A stretch of DNA of 61,444 nt, counting the filler, from Chloroflexota bacterium (GTDB lineage Bacteria > Chloroflexota > Chloroflexia > QHBQ01): assembly GCA_043754535.1 (NCBI GenBank). It is 6 parts of 6 records of this genome, joined end to end, with 100 filler letters (N's around TTAATTAATTAA, not from the genome) between each part and the next. Parts side by side here need not be neighbours in the genome. Positions count along the whole stretch, not along the records: positions 26,893 to 39,844 come from JAYUUN010000059.1; 5 more parts are not named here. One strand, given 5' to 3'. A program made the translations under genes and the position numbers. The stretch's first letter is position 1, and each line of letters starts with the position of its first letter. Shown here piece after piece: positions 27,148-37,227 of this stretch. Below the pieces are notes generated by a model, which did not search any database, was not told where the DNA came from, and saw only the letters and a list, made by a program, of their open reading frames with translations.

Positions 27148-27534
27148 CTAGATTTCGCGGCGCACCTTGTTGATGATGTGGCGCATCTCGAAGCGACCAC
27201 GGCCCATGCTGGCTTCGGCATTTAGTACCAGCACCAGAAAGTACTCCTTATCTACCATAGAAGCAAGGAAAGTGCGATCCTGGGCTTCAACAATCAAATC
27301 CTTGATCTTGCCGCCACCCAGGTAGCTTGCGCCCTTCGTTACTGCCGCCATCAGGCTTGCCATCTGCACGGCCATTTCTTCGTTGGCCTCCGTGTCGTCG
27401 CTGTTGTCGGGGTCTGCGTTGACCATCTCCACGCCCAACCCGTCCAGGCCCACTAGCCCAATAGCGTATGCTCCCTCAACCCCTTCAACCGCTTCGTTAA
27501 GCATCTCGCGGAGGTTCATCGTCTTTGTTGCCAT
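27148..27534 (-). CDS. Roadblock/LC7 (MglB-like) protein
   Basis: VEGAYAIGLVGLDGL, FLVLVL..ASMGRGRFEMR. Confidence 0.85.
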   Translation of the reverse strand: MATKTMNLREMLNEAVEGVEGAYAIGLVGLDGLGVEMVNADPDNSDDTEANEEMAVQMASLMAAVTKGASYLGGGKIKDLIVEAQDRTFLASMVDKEYFLVLVLNAEASMGRGRFEMRHIINKVRREI

Positions 27535-27736
27535 CTGCTAGCTACTCCTTTTGACTTGTTAACCATCGCTGGCGTACCCACGTTATGTTTAGTGGCAAGT
27601 ATAGCAGAGGTATGCAGAAAAAGCAATAGCCACCCTCAAAGAGTGGCTAGCAGATAACAAGTTGCTATGGTGGCTGTGCCTAGCTGATCTTCCCATCCAG
27701 CAGCGGCCCACTGGTCTGGCTGGTTGTGTCTACTGC

Positions 27737-28141
27737 TCAGATGTTGCTCAGGTCAGAGGTGCAGTTCGGGCAACGAGTTGCCTTTAGCGGGATGGTGGAG
27801 ATGCAGTAGGGGCATTCTTTGGTTGTCACTGCCAACGTAGCTGGGCGAGTCATTCGGTCCTTCACCATCTTGAACGAGCGGATAATCAGGAACAGCAGGA
27901 AGGCTACGATTAGAAAGTTGATCACTGCATCAAGGAACAGGCCGATGCCGATCCTTGCATTGCCAATGGTCAGGCCAATTCCTGCAAAGTCGGTGCCGCC
28001 AAAGATAGCCCCAACGATCGGCGTAAGAATGTTCGTTACCATGGACTCGATTACTGCCGCGAAGGCTGCCCCAATGATTACGGCAACGGCAAGGTCAAGT
28101 ACGTTGCCCTTAGCAATAAAGTCCCGAAACTCTTTGAGCAT
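27737..28141 (-). CDS. mscL: Large-conductance mechanosensitive channel with C-terminal zinc ribbon
   Basis: MLKEFRDFIAKGNVLDLAVAVIIGAAF; CPYC..CPNC. Confidence 0.95.
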   Translation of the reverse strand: MLKEFRDFIAKGNVLDLAVAVIIGAAFAAVIESMVTNILTPIVGAIFGGTDFAGIGLTIGNARIGIGLFLDAVINFLIVAFLLFLIIRSFKMVKDRMTRPATLAVTTKECPYCISTIPLKATRCPNCTSDLSNI

Positions 28142-28362
28142 AGCTAGTCTCCTTCTGTTACTAGTGCTGGTTGACGCACTCGCGGCGAGCCTAAGCCCCT
28201 ATGGTGCATTAGTAGAGTACCACAAGTCCCCCGCTTATGCAACTAACCTGCGCCGTATTACAAAGAATAGTATCAAGCGATAGCCTCAAGTTGCAGCCGA
28301 TCGCTGCTGGGGTGATGTGGTATAATTGCCGCTGCAAGCACGCTAGATTGGTACAAACGCAC

Positions 28363-29898
28363 ATGAAGCAGATGGACAGGATTGAGGTGAATAGCCAGCC
28401 TATGGATGAAGGCCAAGCCAATAGTCGTGCCATCTTCCCCAGCATCGCCCCCGGTTCGCGGCGACGCTGGTTGATGGTCGGCCTCTATATGCTGGTAGAT
28501 ACGGGCTTGATCGCCTTCGCCCTCTTTGTTGCCTACTACCTGCGCTATGTTTTGCGCGTTGGTCAGGACATCGCCGCCAGCAGCAACGTAGCCTTCCGCG
28601 ACTTTCTGCTCACCGGGGTCGCACTGGTGGTCGCCTGCCTGTTCAGCTTCCAGTGGCGTGGCCTCTATCGGCTGCCACGTGGCTCAAGTTGGCTAGACGC
28701 ATTGGCGATCATCTTCAGCAGCACGTTGACCGCCATCGCGGTGGTGATCCTTGCCAGCCTGCTCTTTCAGCCGGTGCTACTTTCTCGCCTGGTCTACTTC
28801 TACTTCTGGCTGACGGCGGTCGTGCTACTTTCTGTTGCTCGCTTCCTCGCTGGTCGCCTGCGGGTCGCCCTTTGGCGGCGGGGCATTGATGTGCGGCGGG
28901 TGATAGTAGCTGGGTCGGGCCGGGCTGGACAGCGCATTATGAAGGACATTGTAGAGCGACCCGAACTGGGCTACAAGTTGGTCGGCTATGTCGAGGACGA
29001 GCCGGATGAGAAGCTCTGGGCGATCCCGATCAGCCGCCAACACCAGGAGGCGATCCAGCACCTCGGCCCGATCAGCCAGGTGGCAGCAGAGGTGCAGCGC
29101 ACTGGCGCACATGAGGTGATCATCGCCTTGCCTGCCTCGGCCCACGAAGCCAGCCTCAGCGTGGTCGAACTATGCCGCCGCAGCAAGGTTAGCTTCCGCC
29201 TCGTCCCCGACCTGTTTGAGATGAGCTTCAACCAGGTGCAGATCAACGACATCGCTGGGGTGCCGCTGATTGGGGTGCGCGAACCTTCGCTTCAGGGCTT
29301 CAATCTGGCAATCAAGCGCGCTATGGACCTGCTGCTCACCCCACTACTGCTGTTGCTGCTCTCCCCCATCTTCCTGATTGTCGCCCTGCTAGTCAAGTTC
29401 AGCTCGGCTGGCCCGATCTTCTTCGCCCAGCAACGCGTCGGCAAGGATGGTAGGTCATTCAAGTTCTACAAGTTCCGCTCTATGTGCATCGATGCGGAGG
29501 CGCGCAAGCCAGAGTTGCTGGCCTTCAGCGACCGTGAAGGGCTAGCCTTCAAGAAGAAGGACGACCCCCGTCGTACGCCCGTTGGTCGCTTCATCCGCAA
29601 GACCAGCATCGACGAACTGCCCCAGTTCCTCAATGTGCTGCGTGGCGAGATGAGCCTGGTTGGCCCCCGCCCACCAATCCCCCAGGAGGTAGCAGTCTAC
29701 GATGAGTGGGCGCGCCAACGCCTGAGCATCACCCCTGGCGTGACTGGCCTCTGGCAAGTCAGTGGCCGCAGCGACCTTTCTTTTGAGGAGATGGTCAAGC
29801 TCGACCTCTACTATGCCGAAAACTGGTCGCCGCTGTTCGACCTGAAGATAATGATCCGCACTGTCCCCGCCATAATCCGAGGCGAAGGTGCTTACTAG
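28363..29898 (+). CDS. Priming undecaprenyl-phosphate glycosyl-phosphotransferase (WcaJ/CpsE-like)
   Basis: [40 protein letters not shown]; start codon uncertain. Confidence 0.92.
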   Translation: MKQMDRIEVNSQPMDEGQANSRAIFPSIAPGSRRRWLMVGLYMLVDTGLIAFALFVAYYLRYVLRVGQDIAASSNVAFRDFLLTGVALVVACLFSFQWRGLYRLPRGSSWLDALAIIFSSTLTAIAVVILASLLFQPVLLSRLVYFYFWLTAVVLLSVARFLAGRLRVALWRRGIDVRRVIVAGSGRAGQRIMKDIVERPELGYKLVGYVEDEPDEKLWAIPISRQHQEAIQHLGPISQVAAEVQRTGAHEVIIALPASAHEASLSVVELCRRSKVSFRLVPDLFEMSFNQVQINDIAGVPLIGVREPSLQGFNLAIKRAMDLLLTPLLLLLLSPIFLIVALLVKFSSAGPIFFAQQRVGKDGRSFKFYKFRSMCIDAEARKPELLAFSDREGLAFKKKDDPRRTPVGRFIRKTSIDELPQFLNVLRGEMSLVGPRPPIPQEVAVYDEWARQRLSITPGVTGLWQVSGRSDLSFEEMVKLDLYYAENWSPLFDLKIMIRTVPAIIRGEGAY

Positions 29899-30008
29899 CT
29901 TGCCAACCAGACCACCGCTGTGTTAGACTAGCCCCGCCGCGACCGCCGCTGGGCTGGTGCGTTATTGATCTGACCGCAAGCAAAGATGACAAAGGGAAGG
30001 ATGTAGGC

Positions 30009-30803
30009 TTGGAGATACGTAGATATGGGCAAACTGTTATGCGTTGGTGGTGGGTAGTCGCCATCGTCTTCGTTCTAGCCGCTGTCGCGGGCTTTTTGCA
30101 GACGCGAGGCTACGCCCAGTACGAGGCCCAGGCCACCCTGGTTGTGCGCCAGATCGCGCAGCAACCGCTCACTACCACCGTCCCGATCCTCAACCAGGCT
30201 GGGCAGTCTGACCTCTACCTCTCCTCCGAATACCTGGTGGACGACTACCTGGAGGTGGTGCGTGGTAGCAAGTTTGCTGAACTCACCTTCGACACCCTCC
30301 AACAGGACCCCGCCACCTATCAGAACATGACGGTAGTCTCCCAGCCGACCGCCACTGCCATTGCCCTCAGCAGTTCCGCTACGATCACCAGGGTGATCAC
30401 CCCCGACAGTATCTACACCAACCTTGGTGCTACACGGGTACACCGCGTCATGTCCCTCACTGCCTACGCTGACGACCCAATGAAGGCAATAGCCATCGTC
30501 CAGGCTGCTGCCCATGCCCTCGTCACCCACCCTTCTGACTTCATCCAAACCAAAGATCAGGTGGAGTTTAGCATCCTTGACTTGCCTCGCGTGCGTGACG
30601 GCAAGATCGTCAGCGAATTGAAGTCGGATCGTGGCAAGAAGCTGACAAATGCCGTCTTGACCATCATCCTCGGCCTGCTGGCTGGGATCGTCCTTGCCTT
30701 CCTGCTCGACTACCTGGATGATCGCATCCGCGACAGTCGTGATGCCCAACGGCAACTCGGCCTCCCAGTTATTAGCGTGCCGATGAAGGGGAAGCTACCG
30801 TGA
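30009..30803 (+). CDS. Wzz/CpsC-like polysaccharide chain-length protein
   Basis: N-terminal RWWWVV TM; C-terminal TM plus DYLDDRIRD. Confidence 0.8.
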   Translation: MEIRRYGQTVMRWWWVVAIVFVLAAVAGFLQTRGYAQYEAQATLVVRQIAQQPLTTTVPILNQAGQSDLYLSSEYLVDDYLEVVRGSKFAELTFDTLQQDPATYQNMTVVSQPTATAIALSSSATITRVITPDSIYTNLGATRVHRVMSLTAYADDPMKAIAIVQAAAHALVTHPSDFIQTKDQVEFSILDLPRVRDGKIVSELKSDRGKKLTNAVLTIILGLLAGIVLAFLLDYLDDRIRDSRDAQRQLGLPVISVPMKGKLP

Positions 30804-30813
30804 GGGGAACCGC

Positions 30814-31473
30814 TTGATGCCGCAATTCCAACTGCGCGACTACATCTCCGCCCTGCGTAGGTACTGGTGGGTCATATTGCTGACCACGGCCATTGCTGCC
30901 GCCGCCGCTTACGGCTTCGGCTTGTTGCAAACCCCTACCTACCAGGCGAAGGTGCGGCTTGGCTTCTCGGCCAGCCAGCCCAGCGGTGAGCTGGAGAACG
31001 TAATCCGTGCCAACCTGCAACTCTACAAGAATCAGCTACTCAGCCCCGATTTCTTGCAGCGTGTCCTCAAGGATGCCAGTCTCGACCGCTCGACCGATGC
31101 CCTACTGGGCAACCTGCAAGCGCAGGCGGTGCCAGACGACAAGATCATCACCGTCAGCGTAGACGACTTGAGCAACAAGGATGCCCAGTTCATCGCCAAC
31201 GCCATAGGTGACGAGTTTGTAGAGCAAATTAACGCCGCAGAGAGCGGTGGCGGAGCGCGTATTGTTGCCAGCAAGCTAGAGAAGCCGGGCCTGCCCAGCC
31301 AGCCCTATAAGCCGCGCAAGCTGGTCAACACCGCAGCCGGGGCTGCCCTCGGTCTGGTGCTGGGCCTCTTGCTAGCGATTGGTCTGGCTTTGCTCGACGA
31401 TACGCTCAAGAACAGCGACGACGTAGAGCGTCAACTCGGCCTGAACACCGTCGGCGCGATCCCCAAGTTGTAG
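30814..31473 (+). CDS. Second Wzz/CpsC-like protein
   Basis: LRRYWWVILL, P..PYKP, LDDTLK..DVERQLGL..GAIP. Confidence 0.82.
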   Translation: MMPQFQLRDYISALRRYWWVILLTTAIAAAAAYGFGLLQTPTYQAKVRLGFSASQPSGELENVIRANLQLYKNQLLSPDFLQRVLKDASLDRSTDALLGNLQAQAVPDDKIITVSVDDLSNKDAQFIANAIGDEFVEQINAAESGGGARIVASKLEKPGLPSQPYKPRKLVNTAAGAALGLVLGLLLAIGLALLDDTLKNSDDVERQLGLNTVGAIPKL

Positions 31474-31484
31474 AAAGGAAATTA

Positions 31485-32174
31485 GTGGCAAGCAACCAAC
31501 CCAACCTGAGCAACCTGCTCGTCGCCCACAGCCAACCCCAGTCGGCGGCTGCCGAGGCCTATCGCACCCTTCGCCTCAATATTCAGTTCGCCAGCCCTGA
31601 TCGCCCGCTCCATACCTTGCTGGCGACCTCGACTAGCCCGGATGAGGGCAAGAGTACAACGCTGGCTAACCTGGCGATCACCCTCGCCCAGGCGGGTCAC
31701 CGTACCATCCTGGTTGATGCTGACCTGCGCCGCCCCAGCCTGCACAAGCTGTTTGGCCTCGGCAATGAGAGCGGCTTGACTAGCCTGGTGCTGGCGACCA
31801 CCAGCGACGCGAACAGCGCAGTGCAACGCACCATGCAGGACAACCTCGCGCTGCTGACCAGCGGCCCCTTGCCACCCAACCCTAGCGAACTGCTTAGTTC
31901 CAACCGCATGGGCGAGATCATTGCGATGCTGGCGGCCAGCGCAGAGTACGTGCTGTTCGACACCCCCCCGATCCTGGCGGTCAGTGATGCTGCCGTGCTA
32001 GCCCCTAGGGTAGACGGCTGCCTGCTGGTGATCAACGCAGGCCAGACCCGCCGCGACCCCGCCCGCCGCGCAAAGGCGACCCTGGAGAAGGTCGGAGCTA
32101 ATATCGTCGGGGTGGTGCTGAACAACGCGAAGGAAGAAGGCTACGCCTACTACGGTGAGGAGAAGGGCCGCTAG
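31485..32174 (+). CDS. CpsD/CapB BY-type tyrosine kinase
   Basis: AEAYRTLR, DEGKST, DADLRRP, DTPP, C-terminal YAYY. Confidence 0.92.
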   Translation: MASNQPNLSNLLVAHSQPQSAAAEAYRTLRLNIQFASPDRPLHTLLATSTSPDEGKSTTLANLAITLAQAGHRTILVDADLRRPSLHKLFGLGNESGLTSLVLATTSDANSAVQRTMQDNLALLTSGPLPPNPSELLSSNRMGEIIAMLAASAEYVLFDTPPILAVSDAAVLAPRVDGCLLVINAGQTRRDPARRAKATLEKVGANIVGVVLNNAKEEGYAYYGEEKGR

Positions 32175-32341
32175 TCCCGTCCTCCTTCAGGCCCTAGCCC
32201 GCCTCGCCCACAGGTAGGCTGTTTCTTGCTGTTCACCTACCGTCCTCTTGCGCTTTGCTACTAATAGCATTAGAATGTAATTGTAGTTGGCGGGTGCGCC
32301 CTTGCGCCCTCCCTCTCAAATATAGTGGAGGTAGTATTTCT

Positions 32342-33703
32342 ATGCAGAAGCGCATCCAATTGGCCGTTGTTGCCTTGCTCAACCTTGCATTGGTCTTTAG
32401 CCTGGTAGTTGGTTCCAGCAGCAGTGGGCAGGCTGCTCCCCTCGCTGCCCTCCCGGTCGTCTTCGACCTTGCCCCCGGCCAGGGCCAGACAGTAGCCGCT
32501 GGTGGCGACGGCAAGGTACGCGTAGGCGCAACCTTCCGCGCTGACGTTGCGATCACTGCCTACCAGGTGTTGATTGACAACTCAGCCTACTCGTTCCCGC
32601 CGCCAGTCTTCCAGGACGGGAATCGCACCCTCCTGCTCTACTCTTTCATCATCCTCACCAATGGCACACACAATATCTATGTCAGCGCAACCGATGCCAA
32701 TGGGCAGGCGGGTGGCTTCGCCTGGAACTTCACCGTAACTGGCTCTGGCGGCACAAACCCTACCTCCACTCCGGTGCCAGTCAACCCTACCGCTACCCCG
32801 CTCCCAGCTGGCAAGCTGCCCGCTATTGAGAACCTGCAACCTGGTAACGGCCTCAGCGTTAGCAGCCCTGTAGTACGCATTGGCTTTACCATCCGCAGCA
32901 CTGCTACGATCATCGGGCGTAATATCGTGCTGGACAACAGCTACATCCAGTACACCCGCGAAGGCAGCGGCCTGCGTGAGACGATCTACGTCAACGTGCA
33001 GGGCCTCAGCAATGGCCCCCACACTGTCACCGCCTCGGCCAGCGACACTGCGGGCCGCTACAATACCGCCACCTGGACCTTCTACTACGGCGTGACCGCC
33101 CCCACTCCCACCCCTGGTGGCGGCAGCGGTTGTACTGGCAGCTATCTGTTCCCCCAGACTGGCAAGTGCGTCAGCCCAGCCTTCTACCGCTATTGGCAGG
33201 CTAACGGCGACCTTGCGGCTTTCGGCTTCCCCCTCAGCAACGAGATACAGGAGCGCAGCGACAGCGATGGGCGTACCTACGCCGTGCAATACTTCGAGCG
33301 CGCCCGCTTCGAGTATCATCCAGAGAACGCCGCCCCTTTTAACGTGTTGCTAGGCCTGATTGGGGTCAACTTCCACCCGCGAGACCCGGCAGTAGCCGCC
33401 CTGCCTGGGCGTAGCTACTTCCCACAGACGGGCCACAACGTCAGCACCGACTTCTACCAGTATTGGCAGCAGCACGGCAGCCTCAGCACCCTCGGCTTTC
33501 CAATCAGCGAGGAGTTTGTCGAGATCATTGAGGGCCGACCCTATACCGTGCAATACTTCGAGCGCGCCCGCTTTGAGCGGCACCCAGAGAACGCCGTCCC
33601 TTACAACGTGCTGCTAGGCCAACTTGGTCGCACCCTCTACCAACAGAAGTACCCTGACGGTCGCACTAGCTTCACCACCCGTGCCGTTCCTCTCGCCCCG
33701 TGA
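32342..33703 (+). CDS. Secreted protein with two Ig-like domains and two Chloroflexia-type surface repeats
   Basis: Signal peptide; two G.H....A.D..G....W.F units; two FPQTG..FY.YW...G....GFP.S.E..VQYFERARFE.HPE repeats. Confidence 0.8.
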   Translation: MQKRIQLAVVALLNLALVFSLVVGSSSSGQAAPLAALPVVFDLAPGQGQTVAAGGDGKVRVGATFRADVAITAYQVLIDNSAYSFPPPVFQDGNRTLLLYSFIILTNGTHNIYVSATDANGQAGGFAWNFTVTGSGGTNPTSTPVPVNPTATPLPAGKLPAIENLQPGNGLSVSSPVVRIGFTIRSTATIIGRNIVLDNSYIQYTREGSGLRETIYVNVQGLSNGPHTVTASASDTAGRYNTATWTFYYGVTAPTPTPGGGSGCTGSYLFPQTGKCVSPAFYRYWQANGDLAAFGFPLSNEIQERSDSDGRTYAVQYFERARFEYHPENAAPFNVLLGLIGVNFHPRDPAVAALPGRSYFPQTGHNVSTDFYQYWQQHGSLSTLGFPISEEFVEIIEGRPYTVQYFERARFERHPENAVPYNVLLGQLGRTLYQQKYPDGRTSFTTRAVPLAP

Positions 33704-33779
33704 GCAGTGGTTGGCAGCGGCTACAGCCCAATCTACTTCTCTGGTACGATCCCATCTCGGCAGCACTCTGTATAGAAGC

Positions 33780-34427
33780 ATGAGAACCAACGAAGGGCAG
33801 CGCGACTGGCAGGTACTGCTGATTGGCGGTGCAAGTGGGGTGGGCAAGACCGGTCTCAGCTACCGCCTTGCCCACCACTTCGCTGTCGGTATCACCGAGG
33901 TGGATGACTTCCAGTGCATCTTGGAGCAGATGACCACACCCGCGCAACAACCTCTCCTCCACTACTGGCGCACACACCCGGATGAGGTGAGTGGCTGGGC
34001 AGCGGCGCAACGGCACGCCCACTTCCTGAGCGTCTGCCGCACAATCTACAGCCCTGCAATGGCGGCAGTAATTGCCAATCGGCTGGCTGGCGGTTCACCT
34101 GTGATCTACGAGGGCGATTTTATCCTACCCGAACTGGCAGCGATGGCGCATTATGGCCCGGTCGCTGCCGCTGGACAGGTGCGCGCCGTCTTCCTCTACG
34201 AGGAGGATGAGGAGCAAGTCGCCAGCAACTTCTTGCAGCGTGAAGGTCGGCTCCAGCCAGATCGGGCGCACTCTAGCTGGCTGTTCGGCCAGTGGCTGCG
34301 TGCCGAGTGCCACCGCCTCAACCTACCTGCCCCGGCTGCCAGCCCCTGGCACAGCCTGTTCGAGCGCATTGCTGGCCCTCTAGCCGCAGCTAACCAATCC
34401 TTTCTACATAACACAGAGATATGGTAA
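33780..34427 (+). CDS. P-loop kinase (2-phosphoglycerate-kinase-like)
   Basis: LLIGGASGVGKT, VIYEGDFILP. Confidence 0.7.
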   Translation: MRTNEGQRDWQVLLIGGASGVGKTGLSYRLAHHFAVGITEVDDFQCILEQMTTPAQQPLLHYWRTHPDEVSGWAAAQRHAHFLSVCRTIYSPAMAAVIANRLAGGSPVIYEGDFILPELAAMAHYGPVAAAGQVRAVFLYEEDEEQVASNFLQREGRLQPDRAHSSWLFGQWLRAECHRLNLPAPAASPWHSLFERIAGPLAAANQSFLHNTEIW

Positions 34428-34487
34428 AATAATGGTAGCAGAACGTAAAGACGTTTGCCGAGCCAAGATTAGTTTAGAAGGAACAAA

Positions 34488-36554
34488 ATGGCAACTATCC
34501 TGACCGTGACCAACCTAAGCAAATCGTTTGTCGTCACCCAAATCTTCGAGAAGGTCAACTTCCAGGTATCTGAAGGAGAGCGGATCGCCCTGGTGGGGGT
34601 GAATGGTGCGGGCAAGTCTACCCTGCTCAAGATTATTGCTGGGGATGATGAGGCCGATGGCGGCACGATCATCAAGGCGCGTGGCCTGCGTGTTACTTAT
34701 CTGCCGCAGGAAGTGACCTATGTGGGTGACAGCCAGCACACCATCCTTGAGGAAATACGGGCGGCCTTCGCTGATGTGGAGGAGATGCGCGCCAAGATGC
34801 AGCAGCTTGAGGCCGCGATGGCTGGCGACGGTGCAGGCGGCGCGATCTTTGATGCGCTGATGGAGGAGTACGGCGAACTGAGCCAGCAGTTTGAGCAGCA
34901 GGGTGGCTATGACTACGAGACGCGGATTGACCAGGTGTTGCTCGGTCTCGGCTTCAGCCACAACCAACTGGGCCAGCAGCTAGGCCGCTTGAGTGGCGGG
35001 CAGAAGACGCGGGTTGCCCTGGCAAAGGCTCTGCTGACCGACCCTGACCTGCTACTGCTCGACGAACCGACCAACCACCTCGACCTCGCGGCCCTCGAAT
35101 GGCTAGAGGACTTCCTCGGCAAGTGGCAGGGAACGGTAATCCTGATCTCCCATGACCGTTACTTCCTTGACAAGGCGACTAACCGCACGCTGGAGATGAC
35201 CTTCGGCACGATGGAAGATTATGCGGGTGGCTACTCGCGCTTCCTTGACCTCAAGGCCGAGCGTATGGAGCAGCGCATGAGCGAGTACACGGCCCAGCAG
35301 GACTATATCGCCCGCACCGAGGACTTCATCCGCCGCTACAAGAACAGCCAGAAGTACCGTCAGGCACGTGGGCGACAGAAGCAGCTAGACCGCATGGAGC
35401 GCAAACAAGCCCCGAAGGAAGCCGCTCAACTCAAGCTCAAGTTCACTACCGACCTTCGCAGCGGCCAGGCGGTGATGACCACCGATGGTCTCGCGGTCGG
35501 CTACCGCACGCGCAAGGATGGTGAGGCCCAAGAGCGAGTGTTGTTCACCGTCAAGGATACTGAGGTGCGGCGGCAGGATCGTATTGCCCTGGTCGGGCCG
35601 AACGGCAGTGGCAAGTCTACCCTGCTCAAGACTATCGTGGGCGAACTACTGCCCGTGCGTGGCAACCTTGAACTGGGCAGCAATGTGGTGGTCGCCTACT
35701 ATGCCCAGGCGCATGAGGGACTGAACCACGCCGCCAGCATCATTGACGAAATCCGTAGCGTGCAGCCAATGACTGAGGAGGCAGCCCGTACCTTCCTGGG
35801 CCGCTTCATGTTCAGCGGTGACGATGTGTACCGTCCGGTTGGCAACCTTAGCGGTGGCGAGCGTAGCCGAGTCGCGTTGGCAAAGCTGCTGTTGCTGCGC
35901 GCCAACTTCCTGATCCTCGACGAGCCAACCAACCACCTCGATATCAACGCCCGCGAAGCCCTGGAGGAGATGCTCAACGACTACCAGGGGACTGTCCTGT
36001 TCGTCTCCCACGACCGCTTCTTCATTGACGCGATAGCGACCGTCACCTGGGCCGTGCGCCACCACAGGGTTGAGAGCTTTGTCGGCAACTACAGCGACTA
36101 TCACGCTGAGATCGCCCGTCGCGAACGCGAGGGGATTGGCAATGCCCAGCGGCTGGGTAAGGCGGTTGCCACGCCTGCGCCGACCAGCGGCACTGCGGCT
36201 AGCAATGGCAGCCCGCCCGCCGCGAACGGCAATGGCAAGCGCAATCCTGGTTCGCCTGCGCCCACGCCGAGCAGTGGCAAGACCAACGGCAAGCGCGAGG
36301 GTGGAGGGCGCAATGGACACCTAGGCGGCCTGGTCGTGGTCAGCCAGAAGGTGAGTAGCCGCGAAGTAGAGGCGATGGAGCGGCAGATTGCCCAGCTAGA
36401 GGATCGCCTCCGCAGCCTGACGGACGAACTGGGAGCCGCTACTGAGCAGCGCGATGTGACGATCATCAGCCGCCTGGGGAGCGATTATGAGACGGCAGAG
36501 CAGGAGCTTGAGCGCAAGTACAAGGAGTGGGAGCGGCTGGCAGCGCAGGTCTAG
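34488..36554 (+). CDS. ABC-F family ATPase
   Basis: Two ABC cassettes (GVNGAGKS/LSGGQ/LLDEPTNHLD; GPNGSGKS/LSGGE), no TM, coiled-coil tail. Confidence 0.95.
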   Translation: MATILTVTNLSKSFVVTQIFEKVNFQVSEGERIALVGVNGAGKSTLLKIIAGDDEADGGTIIKARGLRVTYLPQEVTYVGDSQHTILEEIRAAFADVEEMRAKMQQLEAAMAGDGAGGAIFDALMEEYGELSQQFEQQGGYDYETRIDQVLLGLGFSHNQLGQQLGRLSGGQKTRVALAKALLTDPDLLLLDEPTNHLDLAALEWLEDFLGKWQGTVILISHDRYFLDKATNRTLEMTFGTMEDYAGGYSRFLDLKAERMEQRMSEYTAQQDYIARTEDFIRRYKNSQKYRQARGRQKQLDRMERKQAPKEAAQLKLKFTTDLRSGQAVMTTDGLAVGYRTRKDGEAQERVLFTVKDTEVRRQDRIALVGPNGSGKSTLLKTIVGELLPVRGNLELGSNVVVAYYAQAHEGLNHAASIIDEIRSVQPMTEEAARTFLGRFMFSGDDVYRPVGNLSGGERSRVALAKLLLLRANFLILDEPTNHLDINAREALEEMLNDYQGTVLFVSHDRFFIDAIATVTWAVRHHRVESFVGNYSDYHAEIARREREGIGNAQRLGKAVATPAPTSGTAASNGSPPAANGNGKRNPGSPAPTPSSGKTNGKREGGGRNGHLGGLVVVSQKVSSREVEAMERQIAQLEDRLRSLTDELGAATEQRDVTIISRLGSDYETAEQELERKYKEWERLAAQV

Positions 36555-36602
36555 CCGCTGAGAGTGCAGCCGATTGCCCTCTCCTTCGTTGGAGGATTGT
36601 TG

Positions 36603-37205
36603 ATGCTTGTGGGGCTGACTGGTAATATCGCGGTAGGCAAAAGCACTGTCTTGGCGATGCTCAAGGCGCACGGTGCCTTCGTCATTGACGCAGACCAGGC
36701 GGCGCACCGTGTGCTTGAGCCGGGTGGGAGCGCGTTCGGCCAGGTAGTAACCCGCTTCCCCAGTGTGCTGCAAGCCGACGGCACAATCAGCCGCCCTGCT
36801 CTCGGCCAGATCGTCTTTGGCGACCCCACCGCGCTGGGGGAGTTGGAGGCAATCACCCACCCCGCAATCAGCAAGCTGATCTGGGACGAGGTGGCCTGGG
36901 CTAAAGCAGAGGGCTACGCAGTGATCGTGATTGATGCTGTCAAGCTGATTGAGGGGCGCACCAAGCTGGCGGACAGGGTGGACACGATCTGGGTCGTCAC
37001 CTGCAACCCCACTACCCAGCGCGAACGGCTGATCCACCGCAACAACTACAGACCCGCCGAAGCAGATGCTCGTCTCGCTGCCCAGCCGCCGCTTGCTGAG
37101 AAGCTAGCTCGTGCCGACCTGGTGATCGACAACAGTGGCACGGTGGCGGAGACGCAGGCGCAAGTGGCGGCTGGGTGGGTGAAGCTGATCAGCGGCCATC
37201 TCTAA
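36603..37205 (+). CDS. coaE: Dephospho-CoA kinase
   Basis: VGLTGNIAVGKS, IDAD, ITHP, ADLVIDNSG. Confidence 0.93.
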   Translation: MLVGLTGNIAVGKSTVLAMLKAHGAFVIDADQAAHRVLEPGGSAFGQVVTRFPSVLQADGTISRPALGQIVFGDPTALGELEAITHPAISKLIWDEVAWAKAEGYAVIVIDAVKLIEGRTKLADRVDTIWVVTCNPTTQRERLIHRNNYRPAEADARLAAQPPLAEKLARADLVIDNSGTVAETQAQVAAGWVKLISGHL

Positions 37206-37227
37206 AGTACCGTTGGCCCACGTGCTG

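Noticed and set aside
33140..33625. Direct DNA repeats GTGCAATACTTCGAGCGCGCCCGCTT
   Set aside because: Coding repeats of a surface-protein domain, not CRISPR or a mobile element
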